A program made the translations under genes and the position numbers. A DNA stretch of 64,000 nucleotides from an uncultured Acidobacteriota bacterium. GTDB taxonomy: Bacteria > Actinomycetota > Acidimicrobiia > Spongiisociales > ZC4RG35. The notes beneath the pieces are model-generated. The model ran no database searches. It was not told the DNA's origin and worked only from the letters and a program-made list of their open reading frames with translations. Within the stretch, counting starts at the first letter, position 1. Each line of letters begins with the position of its first letter. Of the stretch, positions 1-8,612 are shown one piece after another. The stretch is from positions 1,806,765 to 1,870,764 of the forward strand of contig CAVVMG010000001.1 of assembly GCA_963749415.1 (NCBI GenBank), given 5' to 3'.

Positions 1-210
1 GACGTCAATCCGTTCCACAACCCCTATCTGAAGGGTGACCTGGTCCTCCCCGAGCTGGCCACGACCTATACCGATCGTGAGGACTCCCGCCCGGGGATGA
101 TCTTCGCCGGCGATGTCGCCACCGAGGCGTTTGCCGCCATGGGTTGGGGCTGGGGCGGCAACTGGAACACGCTCAAGGACTGGATGCACTTCTCCCGCAG
201 CGGGCGCTGA
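1..210 (+). CDS. C-terminal fragment of an M15-family zinc D-Ala-D-Ala carboxypeptidase-like protein; the gene runs off the left edge
   Basis: Frame 1 is open from base 1 to the TGA near 208-210. The C-terminal motif GWGWGGNWNTLKDWMHF matches the WGGxW...D(Y/W)xHF signature of M15 peptidases. Confidence 0.5.
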   Translation, partial: DVNPFHNPYLKGDLVLPELATTYTDREDSRPGMIFAGDVATEAFAAMGWGWGGNWNTLKDWMHFSRSGR

Positions 211-222
211 TCGGCTACCGAC

Positions 223-567
223 TCAGCCGATGCTTCGGACCGCGTCGTCGTATGTGACGAAGTCCTCGAGTCTGGTGATGCGCCCGCCTTCGACTTCGAT
301 CATCTGATACCACTCCCATTCCCATGCCGGCTGTCGGAGGCTTGCGATCGCGTGACCGTCGATGACCTCCAGCTCCAGCAACTCCACGTCGGGGTTCACA
401 CCCTTGAACGAGCGCATCAGGTCGACGATCTCGTCGGCGTTGGCGCAGTTGATTGGCGGATCCGTGGCTACGTAGACAGCGCCATCATCGAGCAGGGACC
501 GGGCCGTCTCCCACTCCGACTGACGCAGGGCGGTGTCCCAGGCCATGACCGTGGCATGCACGTCCAT
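223..567 (-). CDS. NTF2/SnoaL-like small protein; the start could lie anywhere from 567 to 600
   Basis: 144-aa ORF. The upstream part of the table ORF overlaps the dnaE2 start and the LexA box, so an internal start (MDVHATV... or MFDADR...) is more likely. Composition is protein-like and the fold family is NTF2-like. Confidence 0.45.
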   Translation of the reverse strand: MDVHATVMAWDTALRQSEWETARSLLDDGAVYVATDPPINCANADEIVDLMRSFKGVNPDVELLELEVIDGHAIASLRQPAWEWEWYQMIEVEGGRITRLEDFVTYDDAVRSIG

Positions 568-592
568 GACTCGAAAGCTACACCGATCCGCA

Positions 593-608
593 TCGAACAT
601 ATGTTCGA
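593..608. promoter_or_regulatory. LexA SOS box TCGAAC-ATAT-GTTCGA about 15 bp upstream of dnaE2
   Basis: Perfect palindrome tcgaacatatgttcga, matching the Gram-positive/actinobacterial Cheo-box consensus CGAAC-N4-GTTCG. It sits immediately upstream of the GTG start of dnaE2. Confidence 0.8.
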
Positions 609-622
609 TATAGTGAGGATGA

Positions 623-3600
623 GTGAGCGGGTACGCCGAGCTGCATTGCCACACCAACTTCTCCTTCCTCGATGGCGCTTCCCATCCCGAAGATCTCGCC
701 GAGCGGGCAATGGACTTGGGCTACCAGGCGCTGGCGGTCACCGACCACGACGGGTTCTACGGGGTCTCCCGGTTCTGGCAGGCGGCGAAGGCGACCGGGC
801 TTCCCGCCATCTATGGGGTCGAGATCGGCCTGGAGCCGGAGCCTGACGGGCCTCCCGATCCGGTGACCAGTGCCGAGGAATGGGACCGGCAGCGTCATGC
901 CCGGACCAAGGGCGCCCAGGGGAGGTTGCGCCGGGGACGCAGCGTGCGGGCACACGGAGTGAAGCCGACAGACCTTCCCGAGACCGACCACCTGGTCCTT
1001 CTCGCCGGCTCGCCACAGGGATATCGGGCGCTCTCCAACCTGGTGACCAGGGCCCAGCTCCGGGGGGAGAAGGGCCATCCGGTTTATCTCTGGGAGGACC
1101 TGGTGACGGTGGCGGGGAGCCCCGATGTCCATGTCCTCACCGGTTGCCACTCCGGGGCGATGCCCAAGGCCGCGGCTCGCCACGATCTCGGGGCGACGAT
1201 CAGGGAGGCGTCGCGGCTTCGAGAGCTGTTCGGAGCCCGGCTCCATCTCGAGTTGTGGCACCACGGGATGCCAGAGGATGACCCACGCAACGACCTGATG
1301 TGGGAGGTCGCCGAGAAGCTGGGGATTTCGGTGGTAGCCACCAATCAGGCCCACTATCACGACCGCCGGGACGCCGATCTGTCGGAGGTCCTGGCTGCCA
1401 TCGGAGGGAGGCGAACCCTGGCGGCCGCCGATGGTTTCCGCCCTGCCAGCGACGAGCGGTATCTCAAGCATCCGGCAGAGATGAGCCGTCGATTCGCTCG
1501 CTACCCGGGAGCAGTGGCCCGCGCCGGTGAGCTGGGGCGCCGCCTCGCCTTCGATCTCGGCCTGGTCGCCCCCAACCTTCCCGACTTCCCAATGCCCGGC
1601 CACTTTCGCGACGAGATGGACTATCTGCGCCATCTCACCTGGGAGGGCGCCCGTGAGGTCTATCCGGGCAGTGACGACGGGATCGATCCTCGGGCCCGGC
1701 GTCGTCTCGAGCACGAGCTGGGGATCATCGAGCAGCTGGGATTCCCCGGCTACTTCCTGGTGGTGAAGGACATCATGGACTTCGCCGAAACCCAGGACAT
1801 CCTCTGCCAGATCCGAGGGTCGGGAGCGGACTCGGCGGTGTGCCGCTGCCTGGGGCTGACCCGGGTCGACCCGATCCGGCTCCACCTCCCCTTCGAGCGC
1901 TTCCTCTCCGAGGAGCGGGGGAGACCGCCGGACATCGACATCGACTTCGAGGCCGACCGCCGGGAGGAGGTCATCCAGTACTGCTACCGCCAGTACGGGC
2001 GGGAGCGGGCGGCGATGGTGGCCAATGTGATCACCTACCGGGCCAAGTCGGTGCTCCGGGACGTGGCCAAGACCTTCGGGTTCACCCAGGCCCAGGTGGA
2101 CGGTCTCTCCAAGTACCTGGACACCAGGGACCCGGCGCTGATCCGCCTCGACTCCCCACTGCCCGAGGGGATGACCGCCGAGATGATCTACGACATCTGC
2201 TGGCGGCTCGATGGCTTTCCCCGTCACCTCGGGATCCACTCCGGAGGGATGGTGATCGCCGACCGCCCCTTGTGGCAGGTGGTCCCTTTGGAGTGGGGGC
2301 GGATGGAAGGGCGGACCGTCCTCCAGTGGGACAAGGACGACTCGGCAGCGGTGGGAATCGTCAAGTTCGACCTGCTCGGGCTGGGGATGCTCAACGCCCT
2401 CCATCTTGCCCACGACCTGATCGAGGACACCCACGGCATCGACATCGACCTCGCAACCATCCCCCAGGAGCCGGCGATCTACCGCTCGATCACCAGGGCC
2501 GACACCGTCGGGTTGTTCCAGATCGAGTCCCGGGCCCAGATGGCGACCCTGCCCAAGATGAAGCCGAAGACCTTCTACGACCTGGCGGTCGAGGTGGCCC
2601 TGATCCGGCCCGGACCGATCCAGGGCCAGTCGGTGCACCCGTATCTGCGGCGTCGCAGTGGTGAGGAGCCGGTGCGTTATCCCCATCCTTCCACCGAGGA
2701 GATCCTGAAGAAGACGCTCGGGGTTCCCATCTTCCAGGAGCAGCTCATGGAGCTGGCCCGGGTCTGTGCCGGGTTCGACGGGAGTCAGGCCGACCGGTTG
2801 CGGCAGGCGATGACCCACAAGCGCTCGGAGAAGGAGATGGGAAAGCTCCGCGAGGACCTATACGTGGGGATGGCAGGCAACGGGATCATCGGGGAGGCGG
2901 CCGATGAGATCTGGGAGAAGCTGCAGGGGTTCGCAGCCTTCGGGTTCCCGGAGAGCCACTCGGTGAGCTTTGCCTACATCGTCTATATGTCGGCCTGGCT
3001 TCGCTTTCACTACCCCGCGGAGTACCTGGCCGGCCTGCTCAATGCCCAACCGATGGGGTTCTACAGCCCGAACTCCCTGGTCCAGGACTCACAGCGACAC
3101 GGGGTGGTGGTGCTGGGGCCGGATGTGAACGTGTCCTGGCACGACTGCACCATCGAGGCTGTCGAGGCGGCGCCCGATGACATCGTCGAGTACCTGGGGG
3201 AGCGTTGGCGTCGGGGGCGAGGGCTGGTCGACGACCCGGTCCGGCCCCCGGTCGGGGTGCGGATGGGGCTCCGCTATGTGCGCAACATGGGGGAGAGGGA
3301 GGTGACCAGGGTCGAGGCGGCTCGGATCCTGGGCGGGCCTTTCCAGTCTCCGGAGGACCTGGCTTCTCGCACCGGGCTCGGGGTCGAAGCCCTGGAGGGT
3401 CTTGCCGCCTCTGGAGCACTGGAGTCGATCGGCCTCGGCCGCCGGGAGGGGATGTGGGCTGCGGGAGCGCTCGCCGAGATCGATCCCGAGCGGCTGGCCC
3501 TGTCACCGGGGGTGGAGGCACCGGAGCTGCCGGGGATGAGCGACGAGGAATCACATCGGGCCGACCTCTGGGCAGTGGGGGTCTCCAGCCGGCACCCGAT

Positions 3601-3940
3601 GAGCTTCGTGCGCGATCAGTTGGAAGGGTGCCTCACCGCAGCCGAGGCATTGGAGGTGCAACGTCACCGCAGCCGGATCCGGGTGGCGGGGGTGGTCACC
3701 CATCGCCAGCGCCCGGGAACTGCCAAGGGGGTCTACTTCCTCAACCTGGAGGACGAGACCGGCCTTCTCAACATCATCGTGCTCCCCGATGTCTGGGCTC
3801 GCCACCGCGAAGTGGTCCGTCGCAGCCCGGCCCTGGTGATCGAGGGCCGCCTCGAGTACCACGACGGGGTGACCAACATCGTGGCCCGGGATTTCCAGGC
3901 AATCGGGGTGCAGACGGTGCAATCCCGTGATTTCCGGTGA
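623..3940 (+). CDS. dnaE2: Error-prone DNA polymerase DnaE2 (ImuC)
   Basis: 1105 aa. N-terminal PHP domain (ELHCHTNFSFLDGAS), followed by a polIII-alpha catalytic core and an OB-fold C-terminus. GTG start directly after an in-frame stop, with a GAGGA RBS 4 nt upstream. Confidence 0.9.
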   Translation: MSGYAELHCHTNFSFLDGASHPEDLAERAMDLGYQALAVTDHDGFYGVSRFWQAAKATGLPAIYGVEIGLEPEPDGPPDPVTSAEEWDRQRHARTKGAQGRLRRGRSVRAHGVKPTDLPETDHLVLLAGSPQGYRALSNLVTRAQLRGEKGHPVYLWEDLVTVAGSPDVHVLTGCHSGAMPKAAARHDLGATIREASRLRELFGARLHLELWHHGMPEDDPRNDLMWEVAEKLGISVVATNQAHYHDRRDADLSEVLAAIGGRRTLAAADGFRPASDERYLKHPAEMSRRFARYPGAVARAGELGRRLAFDLGLVAPNLPDFPMPGHFRDEMDYLRHLTWEGAREVYPGSDDGIDPRARRRLEHELGIIEQLGFPGYFLVVKDIMDFAETQDILCQIRGSGADSAVCRCLGLTRVDPIRLHLPFERFLSEERGRPPDIDIDFEADRREEVIQYCYRQYGRERAAMVANVITYRAKSVLRDVAKTFGFTQAQVDGLSKYLDTRDPALIRLDSPLPEGMTAEMIYDICWRLDGFPRHLGIHSGGMVIADRPLWQVVPLEWGRMEGRTVLQWDKDDSAAVGIVKFDLLGLGMLNALHLAHDLIEDTHGIDIDLATIPQEPAIYRSITRADTVGLFQIESRAQMATLPKMKPKTFYDLAVEVALIRPGPIQGQSVHPYLRRRSGEEPVRYPHPSTEEILKKTLGVPIFQEQLMELARVCAGFDGSQADRLRQAMTHKRSEKEMGKLREDLYVGMAGNGIIGEAADEIWEKLQGFAAFGFPESHSVSFAYIVYMSAWLRFHYPAEYLAGLLNAQPMGFYSPNSLVQDSQRHGVVVLGPDVNVSWHDCTIEAVEAAPDDIVEYLGERWRRGRGLVDDPVRPPVGVRMGLRYVRNMGEREVTRVEAARILGGPFQSPEDLASRTGLGVEALEGLAASGALESIGLGRREGMWAAGALAEIDPERLALSPGVEAPELPGMSDEESHRADLWAVGVSSRHPMSFVRDQLEGCLTAAEALEVQRHRSRIRVAGVVTHRQRPGTAKGVYFLNLEDETGLLNIIVLPDVWARHREVVRRSPALVIEGRLEYHDGVTNIVARDFQAIGVQTVQSRDFR

Positions 3941-3971
3941 TCGGTAGCGTCGCGGCAACGAGGAGAAGCCA

Positions 3972-4388
3972 TTGGATATGAAGCTGGAAGTGGTTGTGTT
4001 GCCGGTATCCGATGTCGACCGGGCCAAGGAGTTCTTCGAGAGGGCTGGATTCAAAGTCGATGTCGACTTTCAGCCGAACGACTCGTTCCGTGTGGTCCAG
4101 GTGACGCCACCCGGGTCCGCATGCTCGATCACCTTCGGCATCGGGATCAGCCAGAGCGCTCCCGGGACCTATCAAGGGCTGCACCTGGTGGTTACCGACC
4201 TGCCGGCGGCGATCGAGGACCTGTCGGGTCGGGGAATCGAGGTCAGCGAGCCGTTCCACTTCGGCGATGAGGGCCAGACGCCAGGCCTCCACCCGGAAAG
4301 GGCCGACTACGGGACATACGCCGCGTTCAGCGATCCCGATGGCAATGGATTTCTGCTCCAGGAGGTCAGCCACCGCGGCGAGACCTAG
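3972..4388 (+). CDS. VOC family protein (glyoxalase/bleomycin-resistance fold)
   Basis: 138 aa (start at TTG 3972 or ATG 3978). Paired beta-alpha-beta-beta-beta modules, typical size and composition for the VOC superfamily. Confidence 0.75.
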   Translation: MDMKLEVVVLPVSDVDRAKEFFERAGFKVDVDFQPNDSFRVVQVTPPGSACSITFGIGISQSAPGTYQGLHLVVTDLPAAIEDLSGRGIEVSEPFHFGDEGQTPGLHPERADYGTYAAFSDPDGNGFLLQEVSHRGET

Positions 4389-4444
4389 GCCGACTCCGTC
4401 GGTCCAGTCCAAATCTGTCACACCTCCTTCGTAATGTTTCGACC

Positions 4445-5512
4445 ATGGACTGGGGGAGTCTTACTGAGGATCAGCTGGATCTGATCGTCACCGGGGGAGA
4501 GCGTCAGGTTGCCGAAATCAGAGCCGCGCAGATGGGCGCCATCCAGGAGAAACGGCGACGCCAGTCACACCACAGCGACGGCTACCGGTCGATCGTGGAC
4601 TGGACCGCGGCCCGAGCCGACATCTCCCATCAGACGGCCCGTACCCTGTGCTGGACGGCCTCGAGGCTGGAAGAGGCGCCCGAAGTGGCGGCCCAAATCG
4701 CCGATGGCGAGATCACTTTCGACCGGGCCGAGCAGCTGGCGCGACTCCCGGAGCGCGCCCGCCACGATCACGAGGGCTACGACATCGGACAACTCCGCCG
4801 GCTGGTGGCGCACCATCGCCGTCTGAGCCCGAAGCGGGAGCGCGAGATCTCCTCGAGCGGGTATCTGCATTTCCAGCCATCGCTCGACGAGACCACGACC
4901 CACATCTGGGGTGAGCTCGCCGGGCTCGATGCCCGTCTGGTGGAGAAGGCGATCGATCAGCGTGCCGACGAGGTGTTAGGTGAAGACGTCCCATTGGCTG
5001 TTGCCGAGAGTCGGGGACTTGCCCTGGTCGCGATCTGTCAGGACTCGCTTTATTCGTCAGATCCAGTCGGCGATGCGCCACCCGTGGACGTCGCGGTCAC
5101 GGTCGACGCCAGGACCGCCGCTGCCACCAACGGCGAATCGGGGGTGGCGGTGCTCGCCGGGCCCCGGATCGGGCGGCGGGCTCTGGAAGAGATCCTGTGC
5201 AACGGCATCGTCGAGGTGGTCGGCATCACCGAATCGGGCGAGCCACTGAGTCTGGGCCGGCGTACTCGGACCGTGAGCCGCAAGCTGCGGCGTCACATCC
5301 TGGCCCGGGATGGCGGCTGTACCGTCGAGGGCTGTCCTTCGCACTATCGACTCGAGGTCCACCACTCCGTGCCCTGGTACCGGGGTGGGCGCACCGACGC
5401 CGACGATCTGGTCACCCTGTGCTGGTTCCATCACCACATCGCGGTGCATCGCCATGGCATGGAGTTGGTCCGAATCGGCCGATCCCGGGTTCGGCTGAAA
5501 CGACCTAGCTAG
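4445..5512 (+). CDS. HNH endonuclease with N-terminal DUF222 (REP13E12-family protein)
   Basis: 355 aa. The C-terminus has an HNH motif (CTVEGC...HH...C..HH); the N-terminal 250 aa have the DUF222 architecture common in Actinobacteria. Confidence 0.8.
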   Translation: MDWGSLTEDQLDLIVTGGERQVAEIRAAQMGAIQEKRRRQSHHSDGYRSIVDWTAARADISHQTARTLCWTASRLEEAPEVAAQIADGEITFDRAEQLARLPERARHDHEGYDIGQLRRLVAHHRRLSPKREREISSSGYLHFQPSLDETTTHIWGELAGLDARLVEKAIDQRADEVLGEDVPLAVAESRGLALVAICQDSLYSSDPVGDAPPVDVAVTVDARTAAATNGESGVAVLAGPRIGRRALEEILCNGIVEVVGITESGEPLSLGRRTRTVSRKLRRHILARDGGCTVEGCPSHYRLEVHHSVPWYRGGRTDADDLVTLCWFHHHIAVHRHGMELVRIGRSRVRLKRPS

Positions 5513-5540
5513 GGGTGGGCCTTCCCCACCACCTCTCCTG

Positions 5541-5627
5541 GAACGGGCGGACTATGGGTCCTACGGCTCGTACAGCGATCCTGATCGCAATGGCTTTCTT
5601 CCCCAGGGGGTGAGGAGAGGGGGGTGA
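5541..5627 (+). pseudogene. Diverged remnant duplicating the 3-prime end of a VOC-family gene
   Basis: Translation ERADYGSYGSYSDPDRNGFLPQGV compares with ERADYGTYAAFSDPDGNGFLLQEV at the end of the 3972-4388 gene. Nucleotide identity is about 75% over about 85 bp, and there is no start codon. Confidence 0.55.
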
Positions 5628-5639
5628 TCGGAGGTCACG

Positions 5640-6515
5640 TCAATCCGTCGAGCGCTGAAGGTAGGGCGCAAACAACTCATACAGACTTGGCGGCCGCCGA
5701 CGGGCGATCCCGGCGAGCAGATCAGCCACCTGTACCCGCGCGTCAACCCTCGAATCGACCTGCATGAACGAGCGCAACGGCGGAGGAGACGGAGACACGG
5801 CTTCGGCGAGGAACGTCGCCAATCGAGCCACCCGGCTCCTGGTCAACGCGCTCTGCTCGTCATGCACCACGTCGACCGACCGGACTCCAGCGCTCCAGAA
5901 CAACAGCGTCTCGGCGAGTGCAGGCACCAGCGGCTCCAGCGGTGGTGGAAACGCGGGATCCTCATCGATCAACCGAACCATGACTTCCTCGACCCGCGCC
6001 GATGTGATATCCCGCAATCCGGGCAGATCCGCCGGCATCGTCGCGAAGAACCGATCGATCGCGTCGTGGTCGACCAGCCGGGCCCTCCTCGTCCGGATCA
6101 GGTCTATGAACGCCGTCAGGAACCCGGTTCGCCGCCGAAGCGCCAGTACGGCCTCGGAGTGATCCCGGCCCAGGCTGGTGCCCGCGCCATACGAAGGTTC
6201 CTCGGTGAACAACTCGAGTACCCGGGCGGCGAGGTACCCGGTCTTGTCGATGACGTTGACGTGTGCACGCCCGCGCAGCACGGTAAGGAACCACTCGAGC
6301 GAGGGCCGCTGCTCGGGTCGCAGCAACTGATTGGACTTGTACTCGGAAGGGCGCGCAAGACGGGAGCGCAGTACGGCTACCACCTCGGCGGCCTCCGGTA
6401 TGGAGAGATCGACACTGGCGTGGGTGATCAATGGCGACGCGGGGTCGAGGAGGTTGGTCCCGGAGAACCCGGACTCGTCACAGGCGATCTCGACCCACGA
6501 CGACTGAATGGTCAT
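5640..6515 (-). CDS. DUF3800-family protein (predicted RNase H-like fold)
   Basis: 291 aa. N-terminal IACDESGFSG and C-terminal VDSRVDARVQVADLLAG match the two conserved DUF3800 motifs. Confidence 0.55.
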   Translation of the reverse strand: MTIQSSWVEIACDESGFSGTNLLDPASPLITHASVDLSIPEAAEVVAVLRSRLARPSEYKSNQLLRPEQRPSLEWFLTVLRGRAHVNVIDKTGYLAARVLELFTEEPSYGAGTSLGRDHSEAVLALRRRTGFLTAFIDLIRTRRARLVDHDAIDRFFATMPADLPGLRDITSARVEEVMVRLIDEDPAFPPPLEPLVPALAETLLFWSAGVRSVDVVHDEQSALTRSRVARLATFLAEAVSPSPPPLRSFMQVDSRVDARVQVADLLAGIARRRPPSLYELFAPYLQRSTD

Positions 6516-6729
6516 CAGGACAAGAGCTCCAAGCCGAAAGGACGGGCTACGGGCCCGTCGTCACGACGACGGGCGTGATCAGGCGGGAAAGCGCGTGATC
6601 AGTGAGCGAAAGCGGCCGGAGCGAGCATGCGATCCATTATGACCCCGCTTGGGCCGACCCACCAGCGGTTTGCGGGCTCGGATGGCCTCAGAGCGACGGC
6701 GTGATTCGTGCTCGTGGTATGACCAGCAG

Positions 6730-7107
6730 TCACGCCGGGCCGTCGACGTTGATGACCGCTGGGCCATACCCGGCTCTGACCACCACGATCCTGCTCTGAG
6801 TGCTCCCGGGGTTGCTCTCCCGATGGACGGCGCCCTTTGGTACATGCAGGAAGTCGCCCGGCCCCGCATCGACAACCTTCTCGCCGTTGCTGCCTGACTC
6901 CATGCGGAGGGTGCCATCGATCACGTAGATCGAGGTGTCGTACTCACCGTGATGGTGCCAGTCCGAGATCATGCCGGCTTCGGTTTTCACCAGGCCTGCC
7001 CACATGCCTTCCATAGAGAGCGCTTGCTCCCGCACCATGCCCGGGGTGGGGTCTCCTTCGATGCGATCTACCGGGCGGACGATCGAAACGGGGTCCGTGG
7101 CAGCCAA
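6730..7107 (-). CDS. Cupin domain protein
   Basis: Two cupin motifs (HHHGEYDTSIYVIDG ... GDFLHVPKGAVH). Proposed TTG start with an AGGAGG RBS 5 nt upstream. The longer table ORF would overlap the neighbouring gene. Confidence 0.65.
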   Translation of the reverse strand: MAATDPVSIVRPVDRIEGDPTPGMVREQALSMEGMWAGLVKTEAGMISDWHHHGEYDTSIYVIDGTLRMESGSNGEKVVDAGPGDFLHVPKGAVHRESNPGSTQSRIVVVRAGYGPAVINVDGPA

Positions 7108-7136
7108 AGTCGCCTCCTGACTCGGCCTGTCGAAAG

Positions 7137-7526
7137 TTACTTCAGTGAGTCCAGGTAGTCCTTGGCCAGGCGCTTCGGGGCTCTGTCGAGCCAAGCTTCG
7201 ACCATCACCTCTTCCAGTTCGGAGGCGTCGATGTTCCCCAGCAGCACGAGCACGGACGGGTAGCCGTCGAAGTGTGGTGTCGTGAAGAACACCGCTGGGT
7301 CGTCCGACAGCAGTGCCTCTTTGACCCCAAGGTCCGGCACCCGGACCCCGAGAATCGGCCCGTCCGGAGCCGAGTCGCCGAGTGCCTGGTAATCGGCGCG
7401 ACGCAAAGGGCGCTCCCATGCGAACAGCTTGTCTTTCACCCGCCAGTGGGCCTGTCCCCAGCTTTCCTTCTCGGAGGTCTCCGGCAGGGAGGAGGCGATC
7501 CGGCGCACGTCCTCCCAGGTTGCCAT
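7137..7526 (-). CDS. MmcQ/YjbR family DNA-binding protein
   Basis: About 130 aa from the internal start MATWEDVRRIASSLPETSE, which matches the conserved N-terminus of the YjbR/MmcQ family. Confidence 0.65.
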   Translation of the reverse strand: MATWEDVRRIASSLPETSEKESWGQAHWRVKDKLFAWERPLRRADYQALGDSAPDGPILGVRVPDLGVKEALLSDDPAVFFTTPHFDGYPSVLVLLGNIDASELEEVMVEAWLDRAPKRLAKDYLDSLK

Positions 7527-7918
7527 CAGGCGTCCAAGGCGCCGGGGTCTGCAGGGACGTCGACGGCGTGCTCCTGCAGGATCTCGAGTGGGATCAGACC
7601 GAGCACCGCTTCGTGAGTCGAGGCCAACACCACCGGCGCCGCCGATCCAGCCTGATGCGCCCGTAGCCAGTTCGCCGCGGTGACGCACCAGCGGTCGCCA
7701 GGGACCAGCCCGGGAAACAGGTACTCGGGCATCGGGGTCGACAGATCGTTGCCGATCTCGCGTTGATGGTCGAGAAACTCAGCGGTGACCACTGCGCAGA
7801 TCGTGTGGCTCCCGAGATCCTGGGGTCCGGTCTGGCACCAACCGTCCCTGTAGAACCCGGTGAGCGGTTCGGCGCCGCACTCTTCCAATTCGGTGCCCAG
7901 GACGTTCAGCGCCGCCAC
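7526..7918 (-). CDS. DUF2237 family protein
   Basis: 130 aa. GFYRDGWC motif and Cys pattern typical of DUF2237. Confidence 0.6.
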   Translation of the reverse strand: MAALNVLGTELEECGAEPLTGFYRDGWCQTGPQDLGSHTICAVVTAEFLDHQREIGNDLSTPMPEYLFPGLVPGDRWCVTAANWLRAHQAGSAAPVVLASTHEAVLGLIPLEILQEHAVDVPADPGALDA

Positions 7919-7936
7919 GGCATCACCAATCCCGTG

Positions 7937-8524
7937 TCACCCCTGACAGGTGAAGATGTCCCAGCCGCCCTCGTTGTACACCGCCCAGGCCGCGGCAGCG
8001 GTCGACGCCTCAGGATCGGTGGCGTCGGCGCCAGTGAAGCCGGCTTGCGACGCCCGCTCCTCCCAGTATTGGGGCAGGTGCTGGAACAACCCGACCGCGC
8101 CGGTGCGGAGATTCGTGGAGTTGGGGTCGAATCGGGACTCGCACCACGCCACCCGCACCGCCTTGTTGACGTCTTCTGGAGTGAAGAAGCGGGATACCAG
8201 TTCCCTGACCTGGACCTGTGACAACCACCCCGAGGTGTCGGAGGCTATGGATCCTTCAGTGGATTCAGCCGCAGCCCCATCGTCGCCGCCATCGGCTGGG
8301 GTTTCTTCGACTGTGCCGATGGCGACTTCGGCAGATTCGCCACTGAGCACGGCGAAGGCGAGCCCTGCCTGGGCACCCGAGGCGTGACCGACGCTCGCTG
8401 CAGCAGCCTCGCTCTCCAACTCATCGACGGTCGACTCAGGGGTGCCGAAAGCGGCGAACCCGGCCAGAGCCAGGAGGACCACCGCTGCCCACCCAGCGAT
8501 AAAAGACAAACGTCTCAAACGCAT
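7937..8524 (-). CDS. Secreted transglycosylase SLT-domain protein (lytic transglycosylase-like)
   Basis: N-terminal signal/TM segment, an Ala/Glu-rich linker, and a C-terminal AWCESRF...GLFQ...Y lysozyme-like catalytic motif. Confidence 0.7.
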   Translation of the reverse strand: MRLRRLSFIAGWAAVVLLALAGFAAFGTPESTVDELESEAAAASVGHASGAQAGLAFAVLSGESAEVAIGTVEETPADGGDDGAAAESTEGSIASDTSGWLSQVQVRELVSRFFTPEDVNKAVRVAWCESRFDPNSTNLRTGAVGLFQHLPQYWEERASQAGFTGADATDPEASTAAAAWAVYNEGGWDIFTCQG

Positions 8525-8612
8525 ATGAAGCGACTCCACCAGCGGGGAAGACCGCTGCCCAAGAGGCGGCAACCCTACTCAGTTGTGGATAAGTGCGACA
8601 ACTCGGAATTGG

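Noticed and set aside
578-2818. 746-aa ORF antisense to dnaE2
   Set aside because: Extreme Arg/Pro/Gly/His bias and no domain signatures. This is a typical GC-rich shadow ORF opposite a well-supported gene.
6516-6729. 215-bp intergenic region with a GC-rich hairpin (cccgtcgtc-ac-gacgacggg at about 6568-6590), considered as a possible sRNA or riboswitch
   Set aside because: No conserved riboswitch motif recognised. A single hairpin in a GC-rich genome is weak evidence, and no U-tract is present.
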